A stretch of DNA of 22,186 nt from Sandaracinaceae bacterium (GCA_044220955.1 JBGAQA010000104.1:1-22186), one strand, 5' to 3'. Counted from the stretch's first letter, positions 1-9,716 are shown. Notes: generated by a model not told the origin, from the sequence alone. Made by a program: numbers and translations.

Positions 1-3000
1 GACGCGACGACCTCGTGTGCGCCCGGGACCGCCGCGCTGAAGGCGTAGTTGCCCGCGCCGTCGAGCGTGATGGGCGTGCCGTCGAGCGTGACGCCCACGA
101 GCACCACGCCGGGCTCGTCGTCGGCGTAGGTCACGTGGATCGTGCTCGTCTCGCCCGGCGCCACGGTCGGCGGCGTCGCGGTCACGCTCACGGTCGGCGC
201 CTCGATGTCGCCGGTGACGAGCAGCTCGTAGTGCTGCGGCGAGGACAAGAGGCCGAAGCCGTCCTGCACCACGATCTCGATCGGGTAGGTGTGCCCGATG
301 GCCGAGAGCGGCGGCGTCCACGAGATCACGCCCGTGCTCGCGCCCATCGTCATCCCCGACGGCGGCGGCACCGAGAAGTAGTAGGTCGCGCTGTCCGGAT
401 GATCCGGGTCCACGCTCACCACCGAGTACGTGTACGCGTGCCCGGCGCGCGCGCGCACGACGGGCCGGCTCGTGATCACCGGCTCGTGCGGGACGAAGCC
501 GAGCGTGATCCCGAACGTGAACAGCGTGCTCGCGCCGTGGCAGTCGGTCGCGCGGACCGTCACCGACGCGCTCGAGCCGATGGGCGCCGAGAGCCAGAAG
601 ATGTCGCCGTCGGGCTCGACGATCATGCCCGCCGGGCCGGAGACGAGGCTCCACGTGATCGCGCAGCCGCTCTCGCCGTCGATGTCGGTCGCGGTGCCGC
701 CGAGGTGCACGAGCCCGTCGGTGAGCACGTTCACGAGCGGGTCCATCGTGACGGTCGGCGGGTGGTTGATCGCGTCCACGTCCACCGTGACGGTGGCCGG
801 GTCGCTGCACAGCGAGGCGTCGCACACGCGATAGGTGAAGACGTCGAGGCCACTGAACGGGAGCGGCGGTGGCGTGTACGTGTACGTCTGCCCGCTGCCC
901 GAGAGTGCGCCCGCGGGCGAGGAGAGCCGCTCGTAGGTGAGCGGGTCGAGGTTCGCGTCGAACCCGGCGAGCACGATCGAGACGGTCGCGCCCTGGCGCA
1001 CGCCGACGCGGCGGTCGTACGCGATGGGCGAGAGGTTCACGGGAGCCGGGGGCACGAAGGCGAGGTCCTCGTCGACGAGGCCGTCCCCGTCGTCGTCGAT
1101 GCCGTTGGCGAGCTCCTCGTCCACGCGGCCGTCGCACTCGTTGTCGGCGCCGTCGCCCGCGGTCATCGCGGACGGCGTGCAGTCGAGCGAGCGGAGCGCC
1201 ATCTGCACCGGGAAGCCGTAGGCGTCGGTCGACTGCCAGCCGTACGCCATCAGGCCGAAGACCACCGCGGGGCTCGGGTGCGTCACGCGGTGCGTGCCGG
1301 GCGCGAGGTGCAGCTGCGCGTACGCATAGCCGCTCGACCCGAGCGCGCTGAACGACGCGCTGATCGGCGCGCCGTCGAGGCGGAGGCCGCCGATGTCGCT
1401 CGTGCGCGCGACGACGTTCACCCAGTCGTCGAAGTTGTGCGGGACGGTGCCGTCGCCGAGGGTCACGAAGTCGAAGCGATCGAGCGTGACGAAGTGCGCG
1501 TCGTAGCCGTACTGCTCGGTCGGCGGCACCACGAGCGCCGTCGGGTCGCCGAGATGGCCGTCGGTGTTGGTGCCCTTCGCGAACTGCATCACGAGCGCCG
1601 GGGCCGACGTCACGATCTCGTGCGCCGCCTGCGTGGACTCGTTCTGCTCGTACACGCCGCCGCGCGCGAGCGTGGCGACGAGCGCGCCATCGACGGTGAC
1701 GGTCGTCCCGTCGGCCGTGGCGACCACGTCGTAGACGTACCCGGACGTGCGCGTCGCGAGCGGCGTGATGAAGAAGCGCGAGCCGAGCCGGTCGACCGGC
1801 GGCAGCTCCTCGGTGAGCGAGTTGCACGCGAACTGGCCGTCCGGGATCAGCGCGCACTGGTGGTTGCTGAACACCGCGACGGGGCGGCTCGCGTGCACGA
1901 GCGTGCCCGACATCGTCGGCACGGGGCCGATGCCGGTCGGGTTGGCCATCCGCAGCGCGATCGCCTCGCCGCGATCGAGCGTGACCGTGAACGGCACGCC
2001 CGCGGGCAGCCGGCCGGAGACGCCCGGCGGCGTGTCGATGCCGGGCACGAGGTCGGCCGACGGAGTGATCGTGACGCTCGTGCCGTCCACGGTGCCGGCC
2101 ACCGCGAGGATCGGGTGGAACGTCTGGTGGCTCGTCGGCACGGCCGTGTGATGCCAGCCCGCGACCACGTAGTCCGTGCCCAGCCGCTCGGTCGGGATCG
2201 CGAGGAAGCCGTCGAGCGCGAAGATGACGTGGTCGTAGCCCTCGACGCAGATCTCACGCGCGGAGGTGACGTGGACACCGCGCGGGCGCACGACGCCGCT
2301 CTCGAAGAGTCCGATGGGGTGCGCGGCGGCGTGGATCGTGATGCGGCCCACGCCGTCGGCCGCGACGATGGCGCTCGCGTACACGCCCTCGCCGGGGACG
2401 TCGGCGTGGACGGTCGTGTGATCCTCGCCGGTGAAGAGCAGTTCGTACGTGAGCTCCTCGCCCGACGTGTCGGTCACGCAGTTGGTGGCACCCGCGTCGC
2501 AGAGGTCGGTGAACGCGACCCAGAAGTCGGTGCCGCAGTTCTCGCGGTGCCGGCGGCCGGGGTCGTCGCCCGACGGGATCGCGTCGCTCGACGCGTTGTA
2601 GAGGGCGTCGCCCGCGAACGAGGCGCGCACGGTCACGCTGCCGGCCGGGCCGAGATCGAGGCTCGCGGTCGCGCGGCCCGAAGCGTCGGTCGTCGCCGCA
2701 GCGCTCGCGCTCGGGCTCGAGAGCGCGATGGAGCGGCCTGCCATCGAGGTCGCGGCGTCGTAGGCGTCGGAGAGCGACGCCGTCACGTCGTGCGCGCCGC
2801 CGGAGGTGCCGCCCGCGATGGGATCGATCGCGATCGCGGTGTCGCGGCGGACGACCTCGACGAAGAAGCGGTCGGAAGCCGAGAGGCCGGTCGAGTCCGT
2901 GACGGTCACGACGACCTGGTACGAGCCCGGCGTGCTCCAGGCGTGGCTGCGATAGACCGACGACGGACGACAGCCCGCGACGTCGGCGGTCGCGCCGTCG

Positions 3001-6000
3001 CCGAAGTCGTAGTGGCACGCGAGCGTGAAGAAGTCGTTCGGGACGTCCGAGACGATCGGCGAAGCGATCGCGACCCACGGCTGGCCCCACACGAGCGTCT
3101 GGTCGGAGCCCACGTCGATCGAGGGTGCAAGGTCACCGATGGGGATCGAGCGCGTGACCGAGCCGCGGAGGAAGCGCGCATCGACGACGCTCAGGTCGAC
3201 GACGAGCGTCCCGGCGGAGGGCGTTCCGAGGGCGGTCGTCCCACCGGGCGCGGTGCTGGTGTCGAGGGGGAAGCTGCCAGCGCCGCTCGCGCGCCAGTAC
3301 GCGCGGAGCAGCGGCGCGTCACTGGCGATCGAGCGGTCGCGGAGCGCGACGAAATCGCCCTGCGAGGGGGCGGTCGGGCTCGTGCTGAAGTCGGCGATGG
3401 GCGGCGCGTCCGCGGTGTAGACGTAGTCCGTGCTGCTCGTGAGGCCCCACGCGTCGGTCACCTCCAGCGTGACGATGTACGTGCCCGGCGCGGGGAACGT
3501 GTGCGTGGGGTTCTCGAGCGTCGAGACGGTCCCGTCGCCGAAGTGCCACCGGTAGCCGAGGATCGGCGTGCCGCCCGGGATCGTGCGGCTCTCGAAGGGC
3601 ACGGTGAGGCCGCCCTCGTGCGGCGTGAGGGTCTGGAAGTCGTAGACGCTGACGCCGCCGGGGTAGCCGCGGTTCGTCACCGCGCGCAGGCGCATGTACC
3701 GCGCCTCGATCTCGGGGAAGAAGAAGTAGTAGTCCCCGCTCACCGAGTCGGTCGGGAGCGTGCCGGTGGTGACGAGCGCGAAGTCCGAGTCGGCCGAGCC
3801 GGACGCGGACGCCCAGAGCTCGAAGTCCCTCACGACGGCGCTGCTGCCGCCGCTTCGCATGCGGACGCGGTCGACGCGCTCCCAGCCGGTCGTGAGCAGG
3901 TCCACCGTGAGCGACTGGCCCGCGACCGGGGTGGCGCTGCGCCAGCCGCTCGAGGGATCGGCGTCGATCGCGCGCGAAGGATCGGACGAGGGATCGGTGG
4001 AGCTCGCGGTCGCGCTGGCGCCAGCCTCGAACATCGAGACCGCACCGCCGTCGCGCGGACGTGTCCACACCGTCAGCTGCTGGACGCCGCCGGTCCCCGA
4101 GGAGCCGTTCCAGTTGTCGAGGATGCGGATCGCCAGCCAGCGGGCACTCACAGCGCCGAGCGGGATGGTGTACGAGCCGGTCGTGTTCGGCGCCTCGAAC
4201 GTGACGGGCGTGCCGAAGCCGGACGTCGGGCTCGTCGAGGAGACCGACCACTGCACGTGGCGTGCGCCGAAGCCGGCCTGACCGACGGCGGCGAGGTGGT
4301 CGAGCGCGACTGCCTCGTTGCCGACGAGGTCCACGACCATCACCGCGCCCCCGGGCGTGCTCGTGGGGAACCAGTCGATGCCGAGATCCGAGAAGGTCGG
4401 GGCGCTGAAGCCGGTGTAGCTCGCGATGCTCGCCCCATCGGTGGCGCGCGTCACGTCGCGCTCTTCATCGATGAAGATGCGCGCGACGGGCGCCGCCGGG
4501 ACGCAGGGGCCGCTGAGCGGGCGCGGACCGGGCAGGCACGCTCCCGTCGCGTCGCACGTCTCGATGCCGTTGCACGCATCGCCGTCGTCGCAGGAGGTGC
4601 CGTCGGGCAGCGGATCGTGCGTCACGCCGCGGAGCGGATCGCAGGCGTCGGCGGTGCAGGGGTTGTGGTCGTCGGTCGCGAGCGGCGTGCCGGGAGCGCA
4701 CGCGCCCGAGGCGTCACAGCTCTCTTCTCCGTTGCACGGCGTGCCGTCCGCGCACGACGCGCCCGGCGTCGGCGTGTGCGAGACGCCGGTCGCGGGGCTG
4801 CAGCTGTCCGCCGTGCAGGGGTTGCCGTCGTCGACGGCCGGCGGCGTCCCGGCCTCGCAGGCCGCGGCGTGGCAGAGCTCGACGCCGTTACAAGCGTCCG
4901 CGTCGTCGCACTCGTGCGTGACCAGCGCGCCGCCGCCGCAGTGCACCGTCGTGCTGCCCGCGCAGTACGGCACGAACTCCTCGTCGATCAGGACGTCGCA
5001 GTCGTCGTCGACGCCGTCACAGGTGGTGTCGGCGCTGGTCGGCGCGCCGGGGATGCACGAGTCGAGGACGACGCCGCCCATGCAGGCGGTCGCGCCGACG
5101 GAGGTGCAGGCGCCGACGCCGCAGACGGTCGGCGAGCTCGCGAACTCCTCGTCGCTGAGCCCGTCGCAGTCGTCGTCGAGCGTGTCGCAGGTGGTGTCGG
5201 GGCCCGTGGGCGATCCGGGCGTGCAGACGATCGCCTCGCTCGGCGGTGCGCAGACCGAGCCGAAGCAGGGGCCCGGCAGGCACGCCGTGGTGCCGATGGC
5301 GGCGCACACGCCGACGCCACAGCCGACCGGGTGCGGCGCGTACGCCTCGTCGACGAGCGTGTCGCAGTCGTCGTCGATGCCGTCGCACGTGACGTCGTCG
5401 CCGATCGGCGCGCCGGCGACGCATGTGTCCTGCACCACGCCCGCGACGCACGTCGCTTCGCCCTTGGCGCCGCACGCGCCGACGCCGCACGCGGTGTCCC
5501 GGATGCCGAAGTCGTCGTCGGCGACGCCATCACAGTCGTCGTCGACGCCGTCGCAGGTGTCGTCGATGGGTGCCGCGTAGCCCGGGACGCAGGAGTCCGA
5601 GAGCACACCGCCGGCGCAGTGGGTGGCGCCGCTGCGCAGGCACGCGCCGACGCCGCAGCTCGTCGCGGTGGAGTCGAAGCCCTCGTCGGCGAAGCCGTCG
5701 CAGTCGTCGTCGATGCCGTCGCAGGTCGTGTCGGCGCCCGTGGGCGAGCCGCCGTGGCAGCTGTCGACGATCGCTCCGGCCACGCAGGTGGCCGTGCCCG
5801 TCGCCGCGCAGACGCCGAGGCCACAGCTCGAGGAGTACGGGACGAACGCCTCGTCGATCTGCCCGTCGCAGTCGTCGTCGAGCCCGTCGCAGACCACGTC
5901 GGTGCCGGTGGCGGCGTGCGGCGCGCACGAGTCGACGACCGCGCCCGCGACGCACGACGTCGCGCCGCTCGCCGTGCAGACGCCGAGGCCGCAGGAGGTC

Positions 6001-7487
6001 GCGTGCGGCAGGTACGCCTCGTCGATCAGGGCGTCACAGTCATCATCGATCCCGTCGCACGTCGTGTCGGTCCCGGTGGGTGAGCCGGCGTGACACGAGT
6101 CCACCACGTGGCCCGACACGCACGAGGTCGCGCCGCTCGCCGCGCACACGCCGACGCCGCAGCTCGTCGGGGCGGGCGCGTAGTGATCGTCGGCGACGCC
6201 GCTACAGTCCTGGTCGACGCCGTCGCAGTCCGCGTCGGTGCCCGTCGGCGAGCCCGCGTGGCACGAGTCGACGACGTGGCCCGACACGCACGACGTCGCG
6301 CCGCTCGCCGCGCACGCGCCAACGCCGCAGCTCGTGGGCGCGCCCACGAAGTCCTCGTCGACGTGCCCGTCGCAGTCGTCGTCGACTCCGTTGCACGAGG
6401 AGTCGGGGACCTGATCCGGGGCGACCGGCGTGTGCTGCACGCCTGCCACTGGATCGCACGAGTCGATCGTGCACGCGTTCCCGTCGTCGACGACAGGCGG
6501 AGTGCCCGCGGCGCAGGCTCCGTTGCTGCATGCCTCGTGACCGTCGCAGACCGTGGCGTCGTCGCACGCGGTTCCGTTCGCGACCGGCGCATGGTGGCAT
6601 CCGGCGCCGTCGCAGGAGTCGGCGGTGCACGCGTTCCCGTCGTCGCAGGGCACGCCGCCGTCGCCGAGGCTCGCGTCCGGCAGGCTGCACACGCCGCCCC
6701 CGCAGAAGCTCGTCGACACGCAGAGCCCCAGCGTCGCGTTGCACGTGTTGCCCGCGCCGCACGTGGAAGAAGAGGTGCAGCTTGCAGGCGCCGCCAGCTC
6801 GCAGCTCGTCCCGCTGCATCGATCGGTGCCCGCGCCGCCATCGACGCCGTCCGGTGCGCGCCCGCCCGCGATCGCGTCGTCGCCGCCGCCGCCGTGGATC
6901 ACCTCGGGCCCGTTGCCGCCGAAGATCAGATCGTTGCCGTCGCCGCCGTCGATGATGTCGCTGCCGTTGCGACCGTCGATCGCGTCGCAGCCCGCGCCGC
7001 CGCGCGCGCTGTCCTTGCCGTTCTCGCCATCGACGGTGTCGTTGCCACCCTCGCCATCGAGGTCGTCGAGGCCGTTACCTCCGCGGAGCACGTCGTCGCC
7101 GTCGCCGCCGCGCAGGACGTCGTCCTGCTGGTCACCGCTCAGCACGTCGTTGCCGTCGTCGCCGTAGAGCGCGTCGCCGTTCTGCGAGCCAGAGAGGGTG
7201 TCGTTGCCGGGACCGCCGAGGATCACGTCGTCGCCCTGCGCGCCGTCGATCGTGTCGTCGCCGCCGAGGCCGAGGATGCAGTCGTCGGCGTGCGTGCCGC
7301 TGATGGTGTCGTTGCCAGCCGTGCCCACGATCACGTTCATGGCCGCGCGGCAGCGAGGATCCGGCGGCGACGTGACGTAGCTCGTGCTGACGGACGCTTG
7401 CGGATCGCTCGCGCACGCGGCCGCGACGGAGGCGCCGACCAGAACGCTGGGAAGGCGGACCCAAGAGCGGCGCGTCGACCTGGACAT
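1..7487 (-). CDS. Giant multidomain surface lipoprotein/adhesin, 3' end beyond window: RTX Ca-binding repeats, Cys-rich repeats, discoidin, PKD, IgGFc-binding N-terminal and Ig/cadherin-like domains
   Basis: Hand-translated from ATG 7487 (upstream GAGAGGGG RBS); no stop found down to position 1. N-terminus MSRSTRRSWVRLPSVLVGASVAAAC has a lipobox-like Cys. GGxGxD nonapeptides ~7310-6820; CDDGNACTxDSC repeats; 9 CDGxDDDCD-type units ~6400-4980; discoidin-like ~4460-3640 (RAIDADPSSGW, ARYMRL); PKD (YRWHFGDG...HTFPAPGTYIVTLEVTD) ~3600-2860; IgGFc-binding-like ~2540-1210 (GTDFWVAF, LAIPTERLGTDY, GDPTALVVPPTEQY, YGWQSTDAYGFP); Ig-like <1030 (PSGMTMGASTGVISWTP). The + ORF 15..6083 is its antisense shadow. 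Confidence 0.9.
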   Translation of the reverse strand, partial: MSRSTRRSWVRLPSVLVGASVAAACASDPQASVSTSYVTSPPDPRCRAAMNVIVGTAGNDTISGTHADDCILGLGGDDTIDGAQGDDVILGGPGNDTLSGSQNGDALYGDDGNDVLSGDQQDDVLRGGDGDDVLRGGNGLDDLDGEGGNDTVDGENGKDSARGGAGCDAIDGRNGSDIIDGGDGNDLIFGGNGPEVIHGGGGDDAIAGGRAPDGVDGGAGTDRCSGTSCELAAPASCTSSSTCGAGNTCNATLGLCVSTSFCGGGVCSLPDASLGDGGVPCDDGNACTADSCDGAGCHHAPVANGTACDDATVCDGHEACSNGACAAGTPPVVDDGNACTIDSCDPVAGVQHTPVAPDQVPDSSCNGVDDDCDGHVDEDFVGAPTSCGVGACAASGATSCVSGHVVDSCHAGSPTGTDADCDGVDQDCSGVADDHYAPAPTSCGVGVCAASGATSCVSGHVVDSCHAGSPTGTDTTCDGIDDDCDALIDEAYLPHATSCGLGVCTASGATSCVAGAVVDSCAPHAATGTDVVCDGLDDDCDGQIDEAFVPYSSSCGLGVCAATGTATCVAGAIVDSCHGGSPTGADTTCDGIDDDCDGFADEGFDSTATSCGVGACLRSGATHCAGGVLSDSCVPGYAAPIDDTCDGVDDDCDGVADDDFGIRDTACGVGACGAKGEATCVAGVVQDTCVAGAPIGDDVTCDGIDDDCDTLVDEAYAPHPVGCGVGVCAAIGTTACLPGPCFGSVCAPPSEAIVCTPGSPTGPDTTCDTLDDDCDGLSDEEFASSPTVCGVGACTSVGATACMGGVVLDSCIPGAPTSADTTCDGVDDDCDVLIDEEFVPYCAGSTTVHCGGGALVTHECDDADACNGVELCHAAACEAGTPPAVDDGNPCTADSCSPATGVSHTPTPGASCADGTPCNGEESCDASGACAPGTPLATDDHNPCTADACDPLRGVTHDPLPDGTSCDDGDACNGIETCDATGACLPGPRPLSGPCVPAAPVARIFIDEERDVTRATDGASIASYTGFSAPTFSDLGIDWFPTSTPGGAVMVVDLVGNEAVALDHLAAVGQAGFGARHVQWSVSSTSPTSGFGTPVTFEAPNTTGSYTIPLGAVSARWLAIRILDNWNGSSGTGGVQQLTVWTRPRDGGAVSMFEAGASATASSTDPSSDPSRAIDADPSSGWRSATPVAGQSLTVDLLTTGWERVDRVRMRSGGSSAVVRDFELWASASGSADSDFALVTTGTLPTDSVSGDYYFFFPEIEARYMRLRAVTNRGYPGGVSVYDFQTLTPHEGGLTVPFESRTIPGGTPILGYRWHFGDGTVSTLENPTHTFPAPGTYIVTLEVTDAWGLTSSTDYVYTADAPPIADFSTSPTAPSQGDFVALRDRSIASDAPLLRAYWRASGAGSFPLDTSTAPGGTTALGTPSAGTLVVDLSVVDARFLRGSVTRSIPIGDLAPSIDVGSDQTLVWGQPWVAIASPIVSDVPNDFFTLACHYDFGDGATADVAGCRPSSVYRSHAWSTPGSYQVVVTVTDSTGLSASDRFFVEVVRRDTAIAIDPIAGGTSGGAHDVTASLSDAYDAATSMAGRSIALSSPSASAAATTDASGRATASLDLGPAGSVTVRASFAGDALYNASSDAIPSGDDPGRRHRENCGTDFWVAFTDLCDAGATNCVTDTSGEELTYELLFTGEDHTTVHADVPGEGVYASAIVAADGVGRITIHAAAHPIGLFESGVVRPRGVHVTSAREICVEGYDHVIFALDGFLAIPTERLGTDYVVAGWHHTAVPTSHQTFHPILAVAGTVDGTSVTITPSADLVPGIDTPPGVSGRLPAGVPFTVTLDRGEAIALRMANPTGIGPVPTMSGTLVHASRPVAVFSNHQCALIPDGQFACNSLTEELPPVDRLGSRFFITPLATRTSGYVYDVVATADGTTVTVDGALVATLARGGVYEQNESTQAAHEIVTSAPALVMQFAKGTNTDGHLGDPTALVVPPTEQYGYDAHFVTLDRFDFVTLGDGTVPHNFDDWVNVVARTSDIGGLRLDGAPISASFSALGSSGYAYAQLHLAPGTHRVTHPSPAVVFGLMAYGWQSTDAYGFPVQMALRSLDCTPSAMTAGDGADNECDGRVDEELANGIDDDGDGLVDEDLAFVPPAPVNLSPIAYDRRVGVRQGATVSIVLAGFDANLDPLTYERLSSPAGALSGSGQTYTYTPPPLPFSGLDVFTYRVCDASLCSDPATVTVDVDAINHPPTVTMDPLVNVLTDGLVHLGGTATDIDGESGCAITWSLVSGPAGMIVEPDGDIFWLSAPIGSSASVTVRATDCHGASTLFTFGITLGFVPHEPVITSRPVVRARAGHAYTYSVVSVDPDHPDSATYYFSVPPPSGMTMGASTGVISWTPPLSAIGHTYPIEIVVQDGFGLLSSPQHYELLVTGDIEAPTVSVTATPPTVAPGETSTIHVTYADDEPGVVLVGVTLDGTPITLDGAGNYAFSAAVPGAHEVVA
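4980..6400 (-). repeat. Intragenic tandem repeat, ~168-bp (56-aa) period, 9 CDGxDDDCD-type motifs
   Basis: Motifs begin near 6395, 6227, 6059, 5891, 5723, 5555, 5387, 5189 and 5021 (one 198-bp spacing). Units ~6065-6170 and ~6233-6338 are near-identical at protein level (TSCGVGxCAASGATSCVSGHVVDSCHAGSPTGTD). Confidence 0.9.
6820..7310 (-). repeat. Hemolysin-type (RTX) calcium-binding nonapeptide array
   Basis: GTAGNDTIS, GLGGDDTID, GGPGNDTLS, GDDGNDVLS, GGDGDDVLR, GEGGNDTVD, GGDGNDLIF, GGGGDDAIA and others, in 9-aa register. Confidence 0.9.
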
Positions 7488-7712
7488 CGCACCCCTCTCG
7501 CGACCGAGGATGCGTGGACGCCCAGCGCATGCCCCCGATGCTGCACGACGAGGTTCGAGCGCTCGCCGTCGAGTTTGCAACGCCCACGTGAGATCGGGAT
7601 GTCGTTTCTTGCGGGAACGCACGCGCCGGTCGCTCCGAAGCCGGACGCCATCGACCCATTCCTGGTCACCCCTCGCCGATCAGGCCAACCGCGGGCCCCG
7701 CGCTCGCTCGCA

Positions 7713-8525
7713 TCACTCCGTGACGCGCCCGAGCTCCACGTCCTCGCGCAGGAACACGGGGCTCCACGGTCCCTGCCACCCGTACGCGTACGCGTGCCCG
7801 TCCTCGGCCACCGCGAGCGCGAGCGAGCCGCGGCCGACGCCGCCGTCGAGGTCGAACGCCATCAGGCGCGAGTCCCACTGGTGGAACTCGTTCGTCGCGT
7901 CGGCGACGCGCACCGACCACGCCTCGTCCATCCCGGGCACGCGCACCGGCATGCCCACCACGATCGCTGCGTGCCCGGTGAGGCCGTCGTGCCGGTGATC
8001 GGGCGCCGTCGACCACGCGATCACGTCGCCCGGCCGGAGCGCGCTCGGGTGCGCCAGGCGCCGCCAGCCGCCGGCGTCCGCGTCGGTCGGTGCGTCGTGG
8101 ATCACGCGCGCGAAGTCCTCCGCGACGGGCCGGTCGCGGCCGATCGCGGCGAACGCGACGGGCGCGGCGCGCTGCAGCACCCACCCGACGAGGCCCGAGC
8201 TGTCGAAGTCGTAGATGCCGAGCTCCTCGTTCACCTCGGTGACGTGGCGGAACTGCGTCGTGACGACGCGCGACTCCATCTGCTCGAGCGTCGCGATCAT
8301 CGCCGCCCCCGCCGCCGTCGCCGGCTCGCCCTCGGGCGGGATGCCGAAGGGCGCGAGCCCGAGCGAGAGCCCCGGGATCACGTACGCCGTCTCGCGCTCC
8401 ATCCGCGTGTACGCGAAGAGCACGCCCATGGAGAGCGCCACGATCGCCATGCCGCGCCGGTGATCCGGCCTCGGCCTGGACGGGTCGCGGTGGGAAGGGT
8501 CGCGATGGGGCTGGCGAGGGGGCAT
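7713..8525 (-). CDS. Membrane-anchored NlpC/P60 (CHAP-like) fold protein; catalytic Cys apparently replaced by Ser
   Basis: 3' part of ORF 7713..9143. Hydrophobic N-terminal segment (MAIVALSMGVLFAY), then YDFDSSGLVGWVL, LRPGDVIAW and TGHAAIV, matching the NlpC/P60 DCSG...PGD...GH layout. Start uncertain (ATG 8549, 8525 or 8450). Confidence 0.7.
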   Translation of the reverse strand: MPPRQPHRDPSHRDPSRPRPDHRRGMAIVALSMGVLFAYTRMERETAYVIPGLSLGLAPFGIPPEGEPATAAGAAMIATLEQMESRVVTTQFRHVTEVNEELGIYDFDSSGLVGWVLQRAAPVAFAAIGRDRPVAEDFARVIHDAPTDADAGGWRRLAHPSALRPGDVIAWSTAPDHRHDGLTGHAAIVVGMPVRVPGMDEAWSVRVADATNEFHQWDSRLMAFDLDGGVGRGSLALAVAEDGHAYAYGWQGPWSPVFLREDVELGRVTE

Positions 8526-8555
8526 GCGAGGCGCGAGAGTCGGCAGCATCGCACG

Positions 8556-9215
8556 ATGACCACCGATTTCACCCTCGTCGCGCTCCACGGCTTCGCCAGC
8601 AGCCCGCGCTCGCGCAAGAACGAGCACCTCCGGCCGCGCTTCGCGGCGCGCGGGATCGACCTCGTGACGCCCGACCTCAACCAGCCCTCCTTCTCCACGC
8701 TCTCGTTCGACGCGATGGTCCACGAGGTGACGCGCACCTGGCGCGCCCAGGGCGAGCGCCCGCTGCGAATGATCGGCTCGAGCCTCGGCGGCTACGTCGC
8801 CGCGCTCTTCGCGGCCACGCACCCCGAGCGCGTCGATCGGCTCGTGCTGCTCTGCCCGGCGTTCGATCTGTCGAGCCGCTGGCGTGACCTGATCGAGCCC
8901 GCGCGCATGGAGGAGTGGAGGCAGACCGGCGCCCTCGCGTTCGACGACGCGACCGGCCAGAGCGTGCGCGTGCACTACGGATTCTTCGTCGAGGGGCTCG
9001 ACGTCCCGACGTTCCCGCGCGTGACCTGCCCGACCATCGTGATCCACGGCCGGACCGACGAGACCGTCCCCGTCGCGCAGTCGGCGCGCTACGCGCTCGA
9101 GACGCCGGCCGTGCGCGAGCTCGTGCTGGTGAACGACGGACACGATCTGCTCGGCTCGCTGCCGGTGATCGACGCGGTGGTCGATCGGTTCTTGCTGGAG
9201 GAGCCGCCTCGATGA
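8556..9215 (+). CDS. YqiA/YcfP (UPF0227)-family alpha/beta hydrolase (esterase), 219 aa
   Basis: MTTDFTLVALHGFASSPRSRK; nucleophile elbow IGSSLGG; IIHGRTDETVP (Asp); NDGHDL (His). It is the real C-terminal part of track ORF 6090..9215. Confidence 0.88.
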   Translation: MTTDFTLVALHGFASSPRSRKNEHLRPRFAARGIDLVTPDLNQPSFSTLSFDAMVHEVTRTWRAQGERPLRMIGSSLGGYVAALFAATHPERVDRLVLLCPAFDLSSRWRDLIEPARMEEWRQTGALAFDDATGQSVRVHYGFFVEGLDVPTFPRVTCPTIVIHGRTDETVPVAQSARYALETPAVRELVLVNDGHDLLGSLPVIDAVVDRFLLEEPPR

Positions 9216-9709
9216 TCGAAGCCAAGTTCTGCCTGCGCTGCGGCGCGGCGCTCGTCCCGCACGAAGAGGAGGGCCGCCAGCGGCCGAAGTGCCCGACGTG
9301 CGGCTGGACGCACTACGGCAACCCGACGCCCGTCGTCGCCGCGATCGTGGAGCACAGGGAGAGCGACGGCGACGAGCCGCGCGTGATCCTCGTGCGCAAC
9401 CACGGCTGGCCGGCGAAGTGGCTCGGCATCGTCACGGGCTTCCTCGAGGCGGGCGAGACGCCGGAGGAGGGGATCGTGCGCGAGGTGAAGGAGGAGCTCG
9501 GGCTCGACGCGACGCTCGTGGGCCTCGTCGGCGTGTACGCGTTCACCCAGCGCAACGAGCTGATCGTGGCCTACCACCTCCGGGCCACCGGGCCGATCGT
9601 GCTCGGCGCGGAGCTCGAGACGTTCAAGCGCGTCGCGATCGAGAAGCTGCAGCCGTGGCCGTTCGGGACGGGGCACGCCGTCCGCGATTGGCTCGCGAAG
9701 CGGAGCTGA
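9212..9709 (+). CDS. NUDIX hydrolase with N-terminal zinc ribbon (NudC-like), 165 aa
   Basis: FCLRCG...CPTCG zinc ribbon; YGNPTPVVAAIV; Nudix box GFLEAGETPEEGIVREVKEELG. ATGA overlap with the hydrolase stop. Confidence 0.9.
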   Translation: MIEAKFCLRCGAALVPHEEEGRQRPKCPTCGWTHYGNPTPVVAAIVEHRESDGDEPRVILVRNHGWPAKWLGIVTGFLEAGETPEEGIVREVKEELGLDATLVGLVGVYAFTQRNELIVAYHLRATGPIVLGAELETFKRVAIEKLQPWPFGTGHAVRDWLAKRS

Positions 9710-9716
9710 GCGAGGG

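Noticed and set aside
15..6083. 2022-aa + strand ORF
   Set aside because: Arg/Val/His-rich with no motifs; it is the codon-aligned antisense shadow of the real minus-strand giant gene.
4980..6400. CRISPR array
   Set aside because: The repeats are degenerate, in-frame and protein-coding, with no unique spacers or cas genes.
6090..8555. N-terminal ~820 aa of + ORF 6090..9215
   Set aside because: Antisense to two real minus-strand genes; only 8556..9215 has hydrolase motifs.
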